In this document: positions 1 through 14,588 of the stretch, piece after piece
How the letters are laid out: the number at the start of each line of letters is the position of its first letter
Position numbering within the stretch: the first letter of the stretch is position 1
Source of the DNA: Botryllus schlosseri
Taxonomy: Eukaryota
Direction: 5' to 3'
DNA: 64,000 nt
NCBI GenBank assembly: GCA_051294905.1
Contig: CM119373.1
Location: 5,582,001-5,646,000 of the forward strand
Notes under the pieces: generated by a model
The model's input: the letters and a program-made list of their open reading frames with translations, nothing else
The model's database searches: none
What the model was told of the DNA's origin: nothing
Position numbers and translations under genes: made by a program

Positions 1-1862
1 AAATCTGAAGTAGAGAATGAAGACAATAAGGTTGGGAACCACTGCTCTAAGTCGACAGATCAGGAATCACCGAATGAATATCAGCCTGGTGTAACATTTC
101 ATTCACGTCGAATCACCGTGATTACAACCACCACCACAATAATAAAAACAACTTTTTGTTTTAATATTTCTTCCGCGACGTCTTTCTGCCTATCATCAAA
201 CATTGAACTCAGAGGTAATGTTCATTGTAGCAGCACAGAGGACGAGCCAATATGTTGATACAGGTGTTTTGACAGATATATGAACCTACTCCCAAATTGC
301 GCATAAATAACTTCAACATGCTTCAATAACAATCCTACAACAAAACTTCTGTGGCTACACTGGATACGTATGTTCCATTGCAAACCAAAATAAAAACATG
401 GTTTTTCAAAATTTTCACTGCCGTCATAGACAGGATTCGGCCAATAGAGAGATGCGCGCAAACTAAGGTCGTAAAATATTTTTATTCAGCAATGTCATCA
501 TTATAATGGTGTTAAGACTTCCCACGCTTTATTGGCCGAATGACGTTATTATTCTCATGATATCGCTGTCTGATGCATGGTTGAATGGATGTCAAAAGCT
601 CCTAAAACACTGAACCAATCAAACATCTGACGTACAGCTAAATGGCGTTAGACTCTAGTTTCAAAACCAGATTAATAGGAACTGAATGTTGCATAATACA
701 TAATGTATTTTCGGTTTGTAGATGTACCAATCGTTTTGGTATATTTTATTGCAGTACAGCTCTTCGAAAGATCCGCAAAATGAATATTTGAAATAAGAAA
801 TAGCATTTTCTGCAATCGTGTTCGGGAACATCTATATGTAAAAGGTGCAGAAACTCCACAACTTCAAAAATCAACATCAAACTAGGGTAATTAATAACGT
901 CCAATTTTATCTATATCACGGGTGGCCAACCTTTTCCGCCAAAGGGATTTACGAACCATTGCGCCGGCAGCTTGAATGTTGATAAACTTTTGATAGTCGT
1001 CCGATAGAAACGAACCGAATGAATTCGATCAATAAATATGTTGCTTGCATATATTTAGGGTAGCCTCTGTATACCTTCGGGATCATTTTGCAAGGACATA
1101 ATTATTAGGCGTTAAGACATAGCAATATCGAAGGTTTCGATTAACACGCCTCTATCATTTTGCGCAAATGTTTCATCGCCGACAATCTCGCTGCGAGCGC
1201 ACAAGCGAAGTCGCATGTTGGACGGCAGACTATCTCCTAATTACGAAAATAGGTAGACTCAATTCTGTAAATAACATGTATTTACAATATACAGGAGGGG
1301 TTCCAATACTAAATGCAAGAAATCGAGTGACAATAAATCATGCGAAGTGGGGAGAAAAATTTCAAGTCAAATATATCTGATACGAAATATTCTAGTTGAT
1401 GGTCGTATAATCAGGGCTGTGGAGTCGGAGTTGGAGTCCGTGGTTATATTTACTGACTCCACAGCCCTGCCTCTGTCACAAATTCTTAAATATGCTAATT
1501 ACTCCTTTTGCGTACAGAGACCATCTACTTCCTAATCGCTGGATATCATCTATTTCCTAGTCGCTGGATTGATCAATTCGCAGATTGGCCGTGAATCCGT
1601 ATTTAATCACTGTACTTTTTGGCCTATGCCATTCACCTTTCATGGATCTTCGAAGGATCACGGACCCTAATTTAAGAATTATGCTCTACCCGCTTGTTTT
1701 GTGGCTTCATACAAACTCCTGTCAATTCTCTTTGACAGTTTTATAAAAAAAAAACTCATAAAAATCTATATTTTTAAAAAACCATATTTTTGGCATTATA
1801 AAATTTTTATGTTTGGTACCCGAAATGCCAAAAATAACACGGCCTGCTTACGGACGAGAAAT
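1..1862 (+). repeat. Duplicated block, copy 1 (runs off the window start)
   Basis: Collinear with 19418-21425, including shared MITE insertions; high identity by eye. Confidence 0.9.
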
Positions 1863-3885
1863 TATAATAGTCAACTGTCCAGGAGGGGAACTAAAGGTGT
1901 GAAGATGAGAATTGTTAGGTGATTCTAAAGTGCACAGAACTTAGTGTACCTTGCAACATGATTGCCGGCGGAAAACGAGCGAGACTTATACAAATCTTGT
2001 TAGTTGACGGTCAACTATAAATCCTGTTCTTCTAATTGATTCTCCCAGCGAGATACCGTAACAGTGATGCGTTCAGCTTCATGATCAGCAGATCGTGTAT
2101 TAAATCCCCGGTCAAACACTAGAAAACATGTATCCGCTGCTATCCCACTTGGCGTATTGCATCCAGAGATATAATAGAGAAAAGCCATGGTGGTGCAGAT
2201 TAGATACTATTACCGAACAGGTAGCATCGCATGTTCATCGTCAAAAGTATCGCGATGGGGCAGACGAGATTAAATCTGTTCTCTATCTCTCTCTCTCTAA
2301 CTCGCTCCCTATCTAGTTGCACGTTCTAGTAATAAGTTGGTTGAGTTGTTACTGGAAGACATGCGGCGAGGGTTGGTATGAATCGTCATACCGGTGTTCT
2401 GCATACATTGCAAGTCATGACTAGCCACGTGGCGGGTTTGTAGGATTGAAATCCCTCCCACCTTATTATCGAGTCCACGTCGTTCGTATTACCGTTGTTG
2501 ATTTTTGATATTGATGGTGTTTCATTTACATCAGGTGTTAACAAACTTTTTGAGCTTCCGCCCCCCCCCCCCTGGACAACGAATAGACTGCCAGCGTCCC
2601 CCGACACCCCCTCACCACGCCTAAGTCATAAAACAGAAGTAGTTCTGCATTTATTACAGCCAACATTGAGATGGATGAATCTGGTGTGTTATTATTACCG
2701 TCCTCGTCATATTGGGTTTGAGTTTTAATAAGAACAATGTCATTCTAAAATGTGAGTCAGAAACTTTTTCGCGGCTCTGAAAACACGTTCTATCGAATAT
2801 GAGCAGGGAAGGGCAGCGATGTCAAATTTGACTCGACTCAAGTGAGAGTGTTTCTATTTGATTCAATTGTATTTCGAAAACGATTGATTGGAGATATTGA
2901 ACTTTGGTTGAACTCAAAATCGTTCTACACTACAAAAGTAATCAGCTTCTCAATTATTGCTCGGAAACTTCACAAAATAGATTGATTATGCCGTGAGGAA
3001 TTTCAAGTTCAAAATCAAACTTCAAAATCAAATCACTATATCCTCGTGCAACTTTCTGAGATGATTAATTTTTGTTCCTCCATCAAAATCGGGTATTCGA
3101 GCTGGACTGGTAGCTCATGCAAGCTCGACAATTGGAACAGTTCACGTGTCGGAAAATTTCGTGGAAATATCACGGGCCTATCACTGAATCCGGACAGTGC
3201 CATTTTCACCTGTATCAGGTTTCATTATTACTAAGAACGGATATATTCTACTCATAAATTTTGCAAAATATCAAGGTCAAGTAGAAGCGATATCGTTTCA
3301 CGCAACTAGAACGCCGTTTCGAAGGCAGTGTGGAAAATCCACAATCGTTTGAAACAGAGGATAAATCACGCAAGAGCGTTTCTCTTTAAAAGCTATCAAT
3401 CCTTGCAGTGAGCATAACTGCTCAACTACTCCGCAGTTCTCACAGCACACAATGAACCACGCTTTTCAGAAATGGCTTATTGGCGACTTCTAAATTAGTC
3501 CACCGATGGGCAGGATCAAAATTGTAACAATGGACTTGTCCGGTACAGCTGAATGAAAAGACTAAATGGATTTTGCATTTTTACTGCGAATCTAGCTGTT
3601 TTATATATCAATCGTTTGAACACTACGCAGCAGTAGCCTTCTAAACTTACACCATTTGCTTCCAGTACACCCTACCGCCCAATTTGATAGCCAGCGCCCC
3701 CCATCGTGCATTTCATGGCCAGCGACCCTTCACACTCGCGAACGGCCCTCAGTGGGCGCTGGCCCCCGAGGGGGCGCTAGCGTCCACTTTGGGAATCACT
3801 GGACTACATGGCCATTGTACACCAGGCCTATATTCTTTATTATGATTCCGTATTAACCGACTTGTGAAACGGCCAAATTATATAC

Positions 3886-4043
3886 TTTATTAAGACACCG
3901 CTTACGTGGATCACTTTGCGAGGCGGAGCCCTGATAAACCTCCAACACTTAGGTAGGAATTCTGGAGTCGACCTCGGTTGGACTTGAACCCGCAACCTAT
4001 TGGTGTTGCCGCTGTGGAACGTATCAATACGCTATCTCGTCAC
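3886..4043 (-). mobile_element. SINE 5' half (other fragments at ~5060-5225, 13890-13970, 18565-18635, 25417-25450, 61201-61308)
   Basis: B-box GGTTCAAGTCC; shared CCGAGGTCGACTCCAGAATTCCTACC core. Confidence 0.7.
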
Positions 4044-5411
4044 GTCGTAATATAGTTATCTTGAATAGGGAAAATGATTCGACTCGACTGGAGTCGGATT
4101 GTGTATTGTCTCTACTTGAAGTTCTGGATCCATACCCTCTTGCCAATACAGGGCAGTTCATCACTGCCATTTGTAGGCTACATGCCATTGTAAACACACT
4201 ACACACTGTCTTGCCTTACGTGATGGAGATACGAGCCGGAATAGGTAACGGCGAACGCTGGTCTTCTATTTATTTCCATCGACGCACCACGCAATTGCGT
4301 TACATTAAATTAGCGCATTAGCCGAAAATCTTTCCTAGTGACTGTAATATGTGACATTATTAGACTTCAAGGGTACCAGTAAAAATGCGAAAACAAAACT
4401 AATAAATTTTTACAGTATCCGTCAGCATGTTTAAAAAAATATGAAAAGTTTTAAGGGAAATATAGAACTGAATTGCATTTTACAGAATTACTCACAGACA
4501 GATCTACACTTGCGACACGCTGTATACAAATACATAATGTATAAACGCAGGAAGCACAAATTATCGGAATATTACTTCTTTCGATCAAGATATAGACATC
4601 CTTGCGGTTGCGCAACTAGTATTCATCTGTAAATAGAAAAAGTTTGGTCATGGTCGCTAAACATTTTGACAACACAAAATACACACACACACACACGCGC
4701 GAATATAATATTATGTGCCATAATATATATATCGAATCGCCAGGATGATAGCATCCCATGGTCATCCCCATTGTATCAGCATTCAGCAAGCGCGAAAAGC
4801 ATACATCAACGAACTAGATTTCTTCTGGTTTATTCATTACTGTGGCCAGGCATAATCGAAAATAATGCATGAAAGTATAAAATGTTGTCGTTTAATTCCT
4901 TACATTTCATGGCTCACGATTTTGATGGGCACGGCATACACGCGGATAATTCGGAAAGGTACTCAGTTTAATGAGTTTGAAAACTCATTTGTTACACAAT
5001 TCTGCCGAAAGCATGCCAAATTCGTATATGCGAAGATTATTTGACGCAACACCGATTAGTTATGCTCCTCCTCGACATATCATCCACGTAAGCAGTGTCT
5101 AGAAAAGCCTAGACGTGGGCTGTACTACAAGTCGGCAGCTACGGAATCAAAAATAACGAATATCGACCTGGTGGTAATGACTATTGTAGTCGACAAAGAC
5201 CATTAATAGCACTAACAACAACAGCCGATTAGTTAATGACTTGAAATTGACTGGAAAATTTCGCATCAGGGCACGAGTCAGTCAATATATCTGAGACGCC
5301 AACTCAAGTCATGGCTGAAAGTTGACTCTATGTAAGTCATTACTCAAATCATACCGACACTGCGGCACACACCACCCTGTGTTTGCAGGTATCCAGTAAA
5401 TTAAAAATTAC

Positions 5412-5530
5412 CTTTCTCACAAACGTATCGATTAGCAGCAGTACATTCCCTATCATTCCAGACGGCGCCATACCACATTTCAACGCAGTTCTCCGTCATT
5501 CCACCGCTCGGTTCACCAGGATTCCAAGGC
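5412..5530 (-). CDS. C-type lectin domain, C-terminal exon (lectin 1), EPS...WND type
   Basis: ctgcag|PWNPGEPSGGMTENCVEMWYGAVWNDRECTAANRYVCEK|gtaatt; phase 2-1; splices in frame to 7188-7294. Confidence 0.85.
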
Positions 5531-6338
5531 CTGCAGAAACAATCGGAGGATGCCCCACATTGATGTTAAACTAACTTCTAGAAGGTTTCGTTGCTTAATA
5601 GTCTAACGCAGACCTGTGGAAATTGCGGCCAAGTGGGTCAAATGCGGTGCGTGAAGCTATTCTGTGCGCCCCGCGAAAGATTGCTTGGAATTCAATACAT
5701 GAATTTGCTTTTTGAATGACTAAAACCATAGGATGTATCAAATAAACAGGAATTTCATTTACTTTGAAGCCTGTTCATTAATATGCCACGATTACGCTGC
5801 CTACGTATCTGGCATGCGTAATCCAGATTCAAAATAAAGTCAATGTGGCAAAGTGTGAGTAGCAATTGAAGTCACAAGAAACTACTCAATCCATAAAATT
5901 TTGTTCGAACCTTCCTTGTTGCAATTGTCACATTACGCATTATACGGTATGTGTTTCAATTTGTCACGTGATACGTTTTTAAATCTCTAAATCGTAAAAC
6001 AAATCAATGATTGCTCGCGATTACTATACGACTCGTCATGTCAATCACCCATAAAGGATCAACTAACATGCCAAAAGAGAAAGCCCAATACAGAAATTCA
6101 AAGAAGGTTTGGATTTAAAATTTAAAGCACTAAATACTCGTATGCTGGAGTCGGGCATAAACCCTGCCTATTAGTTCTTGCTGAGCATATCGCCAAGATT
6201 AGGTATTTTAAGTAAAGTCGGTCTTATGACAAAAAAACGTATCCCTCGGTCAAGGAAGGGTGAAATTCAGAAAAACTGCAAGCTTCGCTCAACATAAAGG
6301 CTATTTAAGCTGGTGGCATTTTCAAGTACCAGTACCAA

Positions 6339-6771
6339 TAGGCTTACCATATTTGAGGACACTTTTTCAGAAATTTCAGACATGCAAAACTGGAGAAGAA
6401 TTCTCAAAAACCGGTAAATTTTTCCCACTTCATGATCGGTTGACTAAAAAAAAAAGGTCATAACTTCCGCTCAGAGCTCAAAATCACGTTTTTCACTCCA
6501 CATTGCTAGGTGGATGACTAAAAAAAAAAAAAAGGTCTTCTTATCGCTCAGAGCTGAAATCACCGCTTTTCCCTCCGAAATAACCGCCGGAGCTTCACTT
6601 CTGCGCTAATTTGCGGCATATCACTCGCAATTTCCTCTAAATATGACCTAAATTTTCAAAAAAGGGGACAAAATCTCAAAAAAGAGGACAAAAGGGCGTC
6701 CTCCGAGAACTCTTTCAAAAAAGTCAAAAAAGAGGACAAATCCTCTTAAAAGAGGACGTATGGTAAGCCTA
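6339..6771. mobile_element. hAT (Blackjack-like) MITE
   Basis: TIR TAGGCTTACCATA; perfect TSD AGTACCAA; repeated AGAGGACA motifs. Confidence 0.88.
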
Positions 6772-7187
6772 AGTACCAATAGACCAACTCCCAATAGGGT
6801 GGTTATAGTTTACTACTCTTCGAAATTAAAATGTATCGTCGCTTTCGGTCATCTGAGTCTCGAGTAATATAACTTGGTTCGAGTAATTTCCGTATTTTGA
6901 GAAAATGACTCAAGTCATCAGGAAATCGGGACTCAAGTCTGACTCGAGTCATTACAACCTTGTTTTATATCATGACGACATATATATATTTTTTTTAAAT
7001 TAACCGTCACTTTCTCATGATCTAATACCAATAAATTCACTGAGCAGCATTTATTAACAATGCTATTTTGAAATAAAATTAAAATACGCTGGATAATGAA
7101 GCTAAATTTTTTAACTCGGCCCTGCGATATATTTAGTACTTTTTAGTTGGCCCAGGGAGGAAAATAATTGCACACCCATGGATTAAC

Positions 7188-7294
7188 TTTAATGTGTTCG
7201 GAGTCCCACCCACCCATTCATACGATGATTCGTTGTTGCGGTCGTTCAGCCCCATCCATAGTGTGAAGTCCTTTCCAATTTCATAGAGAAATGA
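7188..7294 (-). CDS. C-type lectin domain, middle exon (lectin 1)
   Basis: ttttag|SFLYEIGKDFTLWMGLNDRNNESSYEWVGGTPNTL|gttaat; WxGL and EW motifs; phase 0-2. Confidence 0.8.
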
Positions 7295-8274
7295 CTAAAA
7301 AGATAATTATGATTACCAATAAGTAACCAGATTGCGTGCAGGGACCTAATAATTCATTGCAGCTCCGTTGGGACCGGGATAGATGCTAGGGCAAATTATG
7401 AAGGGCGTGAGTACTCCAGTTTTAGTATAGCTTTAATTTTATCCGATAGCAATCGTTAACAGTGCGTATAACCGTATATGTGATTTGAACGTATATTGCA
7501 TGTATATACTAAACCGAAAATACAACAGGTCTCCTTTCTTTTAACTTTCCAAGCATTTCACAACGGAAAAACTGGACGCATAAATTCATGCCCATGAATA
7601 AATTAATTGGACTTGTGTATGTCGTATAGTACAGCATATAACTGAGGATTTTCGCTGCTACACGTGCAAGTACATTTTTCTGACACTGTGACAATTTTCT
7701 GCAACACCAATTTTACCGTTAAAGTGACAAGCAACTAGTTTAATCTCATCAATTGCAGGTTTGATTCAGGCTTAAAACCGCAATGCATATATATTTCGGT
7801 TTAAGGTTACTCGCCTCGTCTACATTAACTTAGTTAATTTATGTTCCTCTACTGCCGCGATGATTGGAGTTACTACGTAACCTTTTTTCGATCTTGGATC
7901 AGCTTTATCAGAACTATAGTTTCATTCAATTATTAAGAAGGCTGTACATTATAGGACTTGTCTATTATGCTAAATTCCTATCCAGCAGTGTCAGAAATCT
8001 GTGCTCTTCACCTCCACTTTGAGTTGTGACTCGTGAGCAAGGTATATCATGTATGTGCAATGTGCGTGATGAAGAAGAAATTTCGTGTGAACATAGTGTA
8101 AGCGACTGCTATTTACTAGCACTTCTACTTTCACTCGTCAATATACCGTTAAGCTCCGCGATTGCAGTGAAATGATGTTTGAAAGTGGAAATACATTGTT
8201 TGTAATTCAGTAGCGTTAAAGCAGGCCGCATGCTGCCCTCCACACCGTTATGTGCGGCCCGCAAGAGTCTAAAG

Positions 8275-10101
8275 CAGTGGTTCTTAACCTTTTCTCCTCC
8301 AGCGCCCCCTTTCGAAAATTATCGTGCTCCAGCGCCCCCGGCCCCCTCATATTGTAAGGCCCCCTAAAAACCATCGTCTTGCGCACCCATAGCGTCTGGT
8401 CGCCCTAGGCGCCACAATTTTCTATAATACACGAAGGACTAGGTGGTGATTGCATATATATGTCGCTATAAATTTTTTATCCGCTCAGCCCACGTAATCA
8501 CTGTAATCAGATTTACCAGTCGCGCTGAGTGAGCTATTGTGTTGGAAAATGAAGGCCATTTTAATTAATAATTGAACAAATTCGGCCGTGCCCGTTGGTA
8601 CAATCAATTCGTTACATGTTGTTATTTTGTTACCTCTTGTCCGTTATATAGTCAAAAGATATTGAAAGGCATTAACGTATCAATGTAAAGTAAGTACACG
8701 ATTCAAAATTGGTATTTCTTCACTTGCAAATAATTTTCTATGATGGATGTTGTTTGTGCTGCGGGGTGCAGATTGCAACGACATGATAATTCGGCACCAG
8801 CGATTTAAACATCTATGGACAATTAGACTTATATACATCGAGGTTTACGGTGAACATAAGGGCAATCCTCTTCGGCTAAGATTTTCTCGTCCCGTATTGA
8901 ACGAAACTTCATATGTCTTCGTGCATCGTGGCGTGGTAATGGCCGACGCCGAAATGCCTCTTTCTATTTACCATAATTATGCGTATTATTCCGTGGGGGA
9001 GTCGTCAAAATATGATGTGTAATTTATGTTTACTCAGCGAAATAATTTAGGGCAACCTTCGAGCTCACCGATTGGGGGTTTGGGCTGCAGCAGTTTCGGT
9101 CCTGGTAAGAGGTCAAAGTCCAGTGGGTCTTTTCGGGACTTGGATATTGGAAATATTTCGCGCTTTAGTCGTGATCGAGGACCATTCGACTACAATAAAC
9201 CGTATCATAATTGTTTGTGGTATATATTCAGAGTCAAATCAAGGTTGTTATAACAACAACCGGGCACGATCTCATACCCTGTGGTTCGAACCATCCCGAA
9301 TTAACATTTGCGATTGGCAATACGGGAAAATTAATGGTATTTGATTTTGTCTTAGTGCTTTGTGTAACTATAAGTAGGGCAACTGAGAATCGGATGCATA
9401 TATCTGCTCACATTGAATTTAGTACTGTACCCAGTTATAAATATTAACATGAATGTATTTCAAACAAAGCACTCATATTATATATTATAAAGTTCATGTG
9501 AGGTTGTGAACCACAACACTAGATAGTGTCATCCTTTATGATACGATTTAATTTTGTATCTCTCAAATACATATGTATTTAGTTATTCATTTCGTGAACA
9601 AAGCTTCAAAACTTGTTTTGTGTACAAGGGGGCTCCCACTCTCAAAACTGACATACAGTGCCTCCTTCTTCGATTTTCACACGCTGTGCGCTGCGGGATA
9701 TAATAGCCTACCTAATTCGAAATATTTTGTTGAAAATAACCCTAGAAAGCGTGACGGCAGTGTTTTAGCGGGAAATTGGCGATCTGAAGTACGCGCAATT
9801 CGTTTTACATGAATGATAATAACCCACTACATTTATGAAAACATATGTAGCAAACATCGTCGCGTAGTGCGACCAAAAATTTCGGGATTTGACATGTTCT
9901 GTGGAATGTTAATTTGCTCTGAATACTCATTAAGGGTATGTCCTACTACCAAATCATCTACTGCGAAGCCATTTTTCTTCAGCGCCCCCCATATCGCCCC
10001 CTGAGCCCAGCGCCCCCCATATCGCCCCCTGAGCACTACCGCCCCCTTCAAAATCGCCAGCACCCCTTGGGGGGCGCTGGTGGCAAGGTTAAGAACCACT
10101 G
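8275..10101. mobile_element. Non-autonomous hAT element, family A, with nested inserts
   Basis: TIR CAGTGGTTCTTAACCTT; perfect 8-bp TSD GTCTAAAG; subterminal AGCGCCCCC motifs. Confidence 0.9.
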
Positions 10102-13100
10102 GTCTAAAGAAACTTATTGAAGATATTGATAAAATGCGCACTAAAAATTGTAATAATGCAGGGACTTGATTAAACTTTTTCTTAGTATATTTGTCCATGA
10201 TAATTGTAAGGAAGTGGTTCTCAAACTGGAAGGCGCACCACCTTGGAGGCATGAAAGCATCTGAAATGGGAAAGCGAAGCTGAGCTCATCTCAAAAAAAT
10301 CTTCCCGCTCCGCGCGATTTACATCCCGTTCTTATTATTGCTCTGTATTTAGTTTAAATTTCTTATTTAAAAATCTCTCATTCACAGTCGTAACCTCTCA
10401 CCACGCCAACTCGAAAAATATTATTCTCTTCGACAATATCGAGAGAAGAAGCGTTTCGGAGTCGAACCGAGCACATTGTCGTCCTACCTTGCTCATTGCC
10501 CACTGCCACCAGACGCCGTCTACTCTGGCAACTACGAATAAAATGCGTGCCGCAAGAAAAAACCTTACAGCAACTATACCGGCCATGCGCAAATCCGGGC
10601 CGAAAAATCACTTCGCCGGCCCACCCCAAAAAATGTTGGTCTTAGGCCCCCACAGGGTGATAAGTCAAACTTCTGGGGGCTTCATCCCCAGCCCCAACAG
10701 TTAGGTGGCTGTTTTCCCATGTATTTGTGAGTACATTCATTCTACTCAGTGTAAGCAGAGAGTATATGTAGTTTAATCGTAACAATAGCGGACATTTTCG
10801 ATCATTCACGACTCAATCGGTTTTCTCTCGGCCGAATTTTTGGCACGACTTTCGGAGTCCCATGATAGCTTGACCTTCGTTATGTGTTGGTACGTCGTGG
10901 TGCGGTATTGGCTGACGCCGAAATGTATCTTTCAATAAATCATGCGTATTTCTCGGAGAAGCTAATAAGCAAGACATTCAATGATACTAAATCGCGCAAA
11001 GCGCGAAAACAAAATGAAAATGTTGGAAAAAGTTTCAAAAAAATTGGCCATGATTTATGTTCATTTGCAAAATAATTTAGGGCCCTTTTCAAGCTCAGCC
11101 CTTCTCAAATTGGGCGGCTTGGGGTGGCCCAGTTACGGTCCTGCACCAAATGAATGAATCGATGACGAACGATCGCGCAAACTGTGCTGTTAAGCGATGA
11201 GTAAAGTCGTACCTGTTCTGTACTTGCCGCCTTCAACATTGCATCTTGAAGTTAAGGTTTAAAATTGTAATATACCTGGCGGACCGGCACTGGTCCGCGG
11301 ACCGGTGGTTGAGAACCACTGGTGTATAGGATGAGCGTAGTTACTCTTGTGGTGAGTAGGCTGTGTTAATGCATGTGGACTGGCAGCAGTTCACAACGCT
11401 ACTGGAATAATCCATGACGTGTAGTATTTTCGGCCATAGAAATTTAGATATCCGTTCTTTCGGCCAAAGCATTTCTCAAGCTCCCAGGCTATTGCGACTA
11501 CTTGATCGGAAACACTGCTTCCCAACCGGGGGGCTCGCGAAGCTATTCATTGTGGGTGGCAATTTTTTTTAAATGATACAGTTTCATATTCAATTAGCCA
11601 TATATGCCAAACACGATATCTTCTCACGTTTATACAAGCAAATATACGTTCTCCGCCTGTAAATTAAATTGCAATTGCGCCAATGATCGATGCCAGCCAC
11701 GTTACCGTCCTCGCAATAATCCGGGACCAAGATTTCTGTGACGTTAATTTTAGTAGGGGCACGAAATTAGACAGTGTGTTATTGTGTATTCCTGAGAATT
11801 GGAATTCCCTCCTTCCTCCGAAGCAGGGGCGGGTAACTTATCCAGTCGGGGGGCCTGATATGGGAAAATCAAGTTATTGGCGGGCCGGATTCCTGAATCG
11901 ATATATTATTCGCAAATTTATCCACCTAAACAATGAACAAATCGCACTTAAGGCAAATTTCAAGTATATAGCATAGATACCGAATTCAGTAGCAAATTTA
12001 ATGAAGTTATAAACGTAATTTTCTTCAATTGCTATTGACGTCAATAAGAGATCTGTGATCGGTCAAAATGGTCAACAAGTTTTTTGAACTCTGGCATGTC
12101 GGATGTCAAAACCATCAGTGAAGACTGCACGTGAACGTCAGTCAAATTGGAACGCAGCTTTATCCTGTTGATGTTCATGGTCGAAAATGCTGGCTCGTGA
12201 ATGCATATAGACCGGCGGGCGACATTATCATGTAAGACCTGAAATTGTCTGCGAGCCGCTCAAAATCCCGTCGCGATCCCTATGTTTCCCGCCCCTGCCC
12301 CAATGGCTTCGTGAACGTATATCGGGAAATCCAGCAATCAAGCCCTAATTGTTGTTAGAATCTAAAACAATTGCAGCGATGGAAGCTACTCAGAACCCCA
12401 TTGTGTTCAACGTAGAAAACGAATTACCGATTAGTTACCGAAACACTCGCCCTTCAAGCTTCGTTTAATACCTTTGAACTCTTTCTCTCATAATTGTGCT
12501 GAAAAATGTTTTTACGCTTGCTCACCCTTATTTGCTGCTAAAAATATATGTGCAATATAATTTAGATATATTTATCAATGATTTATAGCTTTACCACTTT
12601 TTAAACCAAGTGTTGACTGCACTGCGCCCTTTTTCACTACGCATTAAATGCTGCCTTCCGCACAGCTTATTCTGCTGTTTGACTATACAGCAAAAACCTG
12701 GTACTGCTGTTTACTGGTAAAGTGACGTCCGCTGCTGCGATAGCTTGGCACAGCCGAAACTGCTATACCACTCACTGCCCTAGCTATCTCACCACTTAGA
12801 AGTCCTTTCATTTCGGATGCCATAACATATAGAGTCTAGAGTCTAGAAGCAAAGGCATAATTTTAGAATATTATGCAACACAGATAACAGAAGAAAACGA
12901 TCAAAGTTCTGAAGTTTCTGAAAATAAGGACGCAAGTCGAAAACCAGGATATTTTTCGGAAATAACGACTGCTGAGTTTTTTAAGACCTGGCCGTTCAAA
13001 ATAAGGACAGATCTCAGCAATGAGGACAGTATGGCAACCCTGGATATAGACGAATATTAAGTTCGACATCCAACTTTATTGATTAGTCTCACTTTGTCGT

Positions 13101-13372
13101 TCCTCCGACTACTCGAGAGCCTGTTTTCGGACCGGGGTTGCCCCCAAATATATATCATTTGTATATATGCGGATGGGCAGTACACACCCCCAGATGACAC
13201 TATATCTCCTGGTAGCAATAAAAGAATTTCTAGGTGCCATTCACATACTACCTATGTCAATTAACTATGCCTACAATCACCACACACTTCAGCTGGTCGG
13301 TAAAGAGTTTCGAGATGGTACGATGGTATGTTCTTCAGATGCAGCGCGTATGGGTTGCGACTAAGAGTACGC

Positions 13373-13885
13373 CAGTGGTTCCCGACCTTTTTGTCTTCAT
13401 TCCCCACTTGAGATTAATTCTGAGTCTTCTTTCTCCACTACCCAAAACTCCTATATACCCATTAAAATAGGGTTGCCATATTTTGAGATCTCAGAAAGAG
13501 GACACTCCAAGAAAACTACTGATTTAAAAAAAAATTTCGACCGATAGTATTGTGTTGACTTAAGAAATACGTCATCACTTTGACTCGGCTCCCGATTTTT
13601 TTACGAAACTCTGATGTTCGTCGCGTCGGAGTTGCATTTGTCGTGGCATTTAAATCCTTTTCAGATAAAAAGAGGACAAATTCCCAGAAAAGGGGACATT
13701 TAGGCGTCCTCCCAGGACACTTTCAAGTTATAATTTCCGATACATACATTCCAGAGCAGTTAGCTTGAAACGGTAGTCACGCATGTGTCTCCATAAATAT
13801 GCACACTATCCAGTATAGAATGTTTCTCAAATGTGTCTATTACCCAACATAAACCATTGAATTCCTTACCGGTTGGGAACCACTG
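13373..13885. mobile_element. hAT MITE family B
   Basis: TIR CAGTGGTTCCC(A/G)ACC; reverse-complement copy at 18647-19461. Confidence 0.8.
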
Positions 13886-14057
13886 GCCTACACCTATGAG
13901 GTTTATCTAAGCTCCCCTCGCCATCTGATCCACGAAACAGGTGTCTTACAATATCCTAGAACAAAAGTGGACCGTGGTATGAGTGAGAATAGTAGGCCTA
14001 ACCAGCAGAACCACGCATGAATCACAATAAACATGATCAGTTTCGTATAATGACTAA

Positions 14058-14533
14058 TAGGGTCCATCAAACCACTAGGTGTCGCCAGACTTTAGGTGGT
14101 AACCGCCCTTGTTACGTACGCGGTTGCCGTTATCAGAAACCTCTAGGTGACTTTCTCGATCGTGTAAGGGTATTTTATATGGAAATATTGGCTACAACAT
14201 ATTCTACGTGGACCGTGAGCTCGCTATAATATGAACTAAAACTTCGAAAACTTCTGGTGCTGAGCTGGTAGCCGACATTTAGTTGACAATTTCACATTCT
14301 CACTTAGTTATCGAATCGGCCTTATTTCCTTCCATAGAAGCTTTCCGAAGTTTTAGTTCATTTTATAGCGAGTTCACGGTCCCCGTAGAATATGTTGTAG
14401 CCATTTTTCCATATAAAATACCCTTACACGATCGAGAAAGTAAGCTACAGGTTTCTGAATACGGCAACCGCATACGTAACAAAGGCGGTTACCACCTAAA
14501 GTCTGGCGACATCTAGTGGTTTGATGTACCCTA
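14058..14533. mobile_element. Fold-back (palindromic) element with ~190-bp arms
   Basis: 14058-14250 is the reverse complement of ~14342-14533; the mirrored ORFs share NRVHQTTRCRQTLGGNR. Confidence 0.85.
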
Positions 14534-14588
14534 TTCAGTACCATAACCAAACTTTCAATTTGTACACCTTTCAATGTATACCAGCGTA

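Noticed and set aside
9833..10252. 139-aa minus ORF and similar ORFs at 28129-28410 and 38713-39075
   Set aside because: GC-rich subterminal repeats of hAT family A, not genes.
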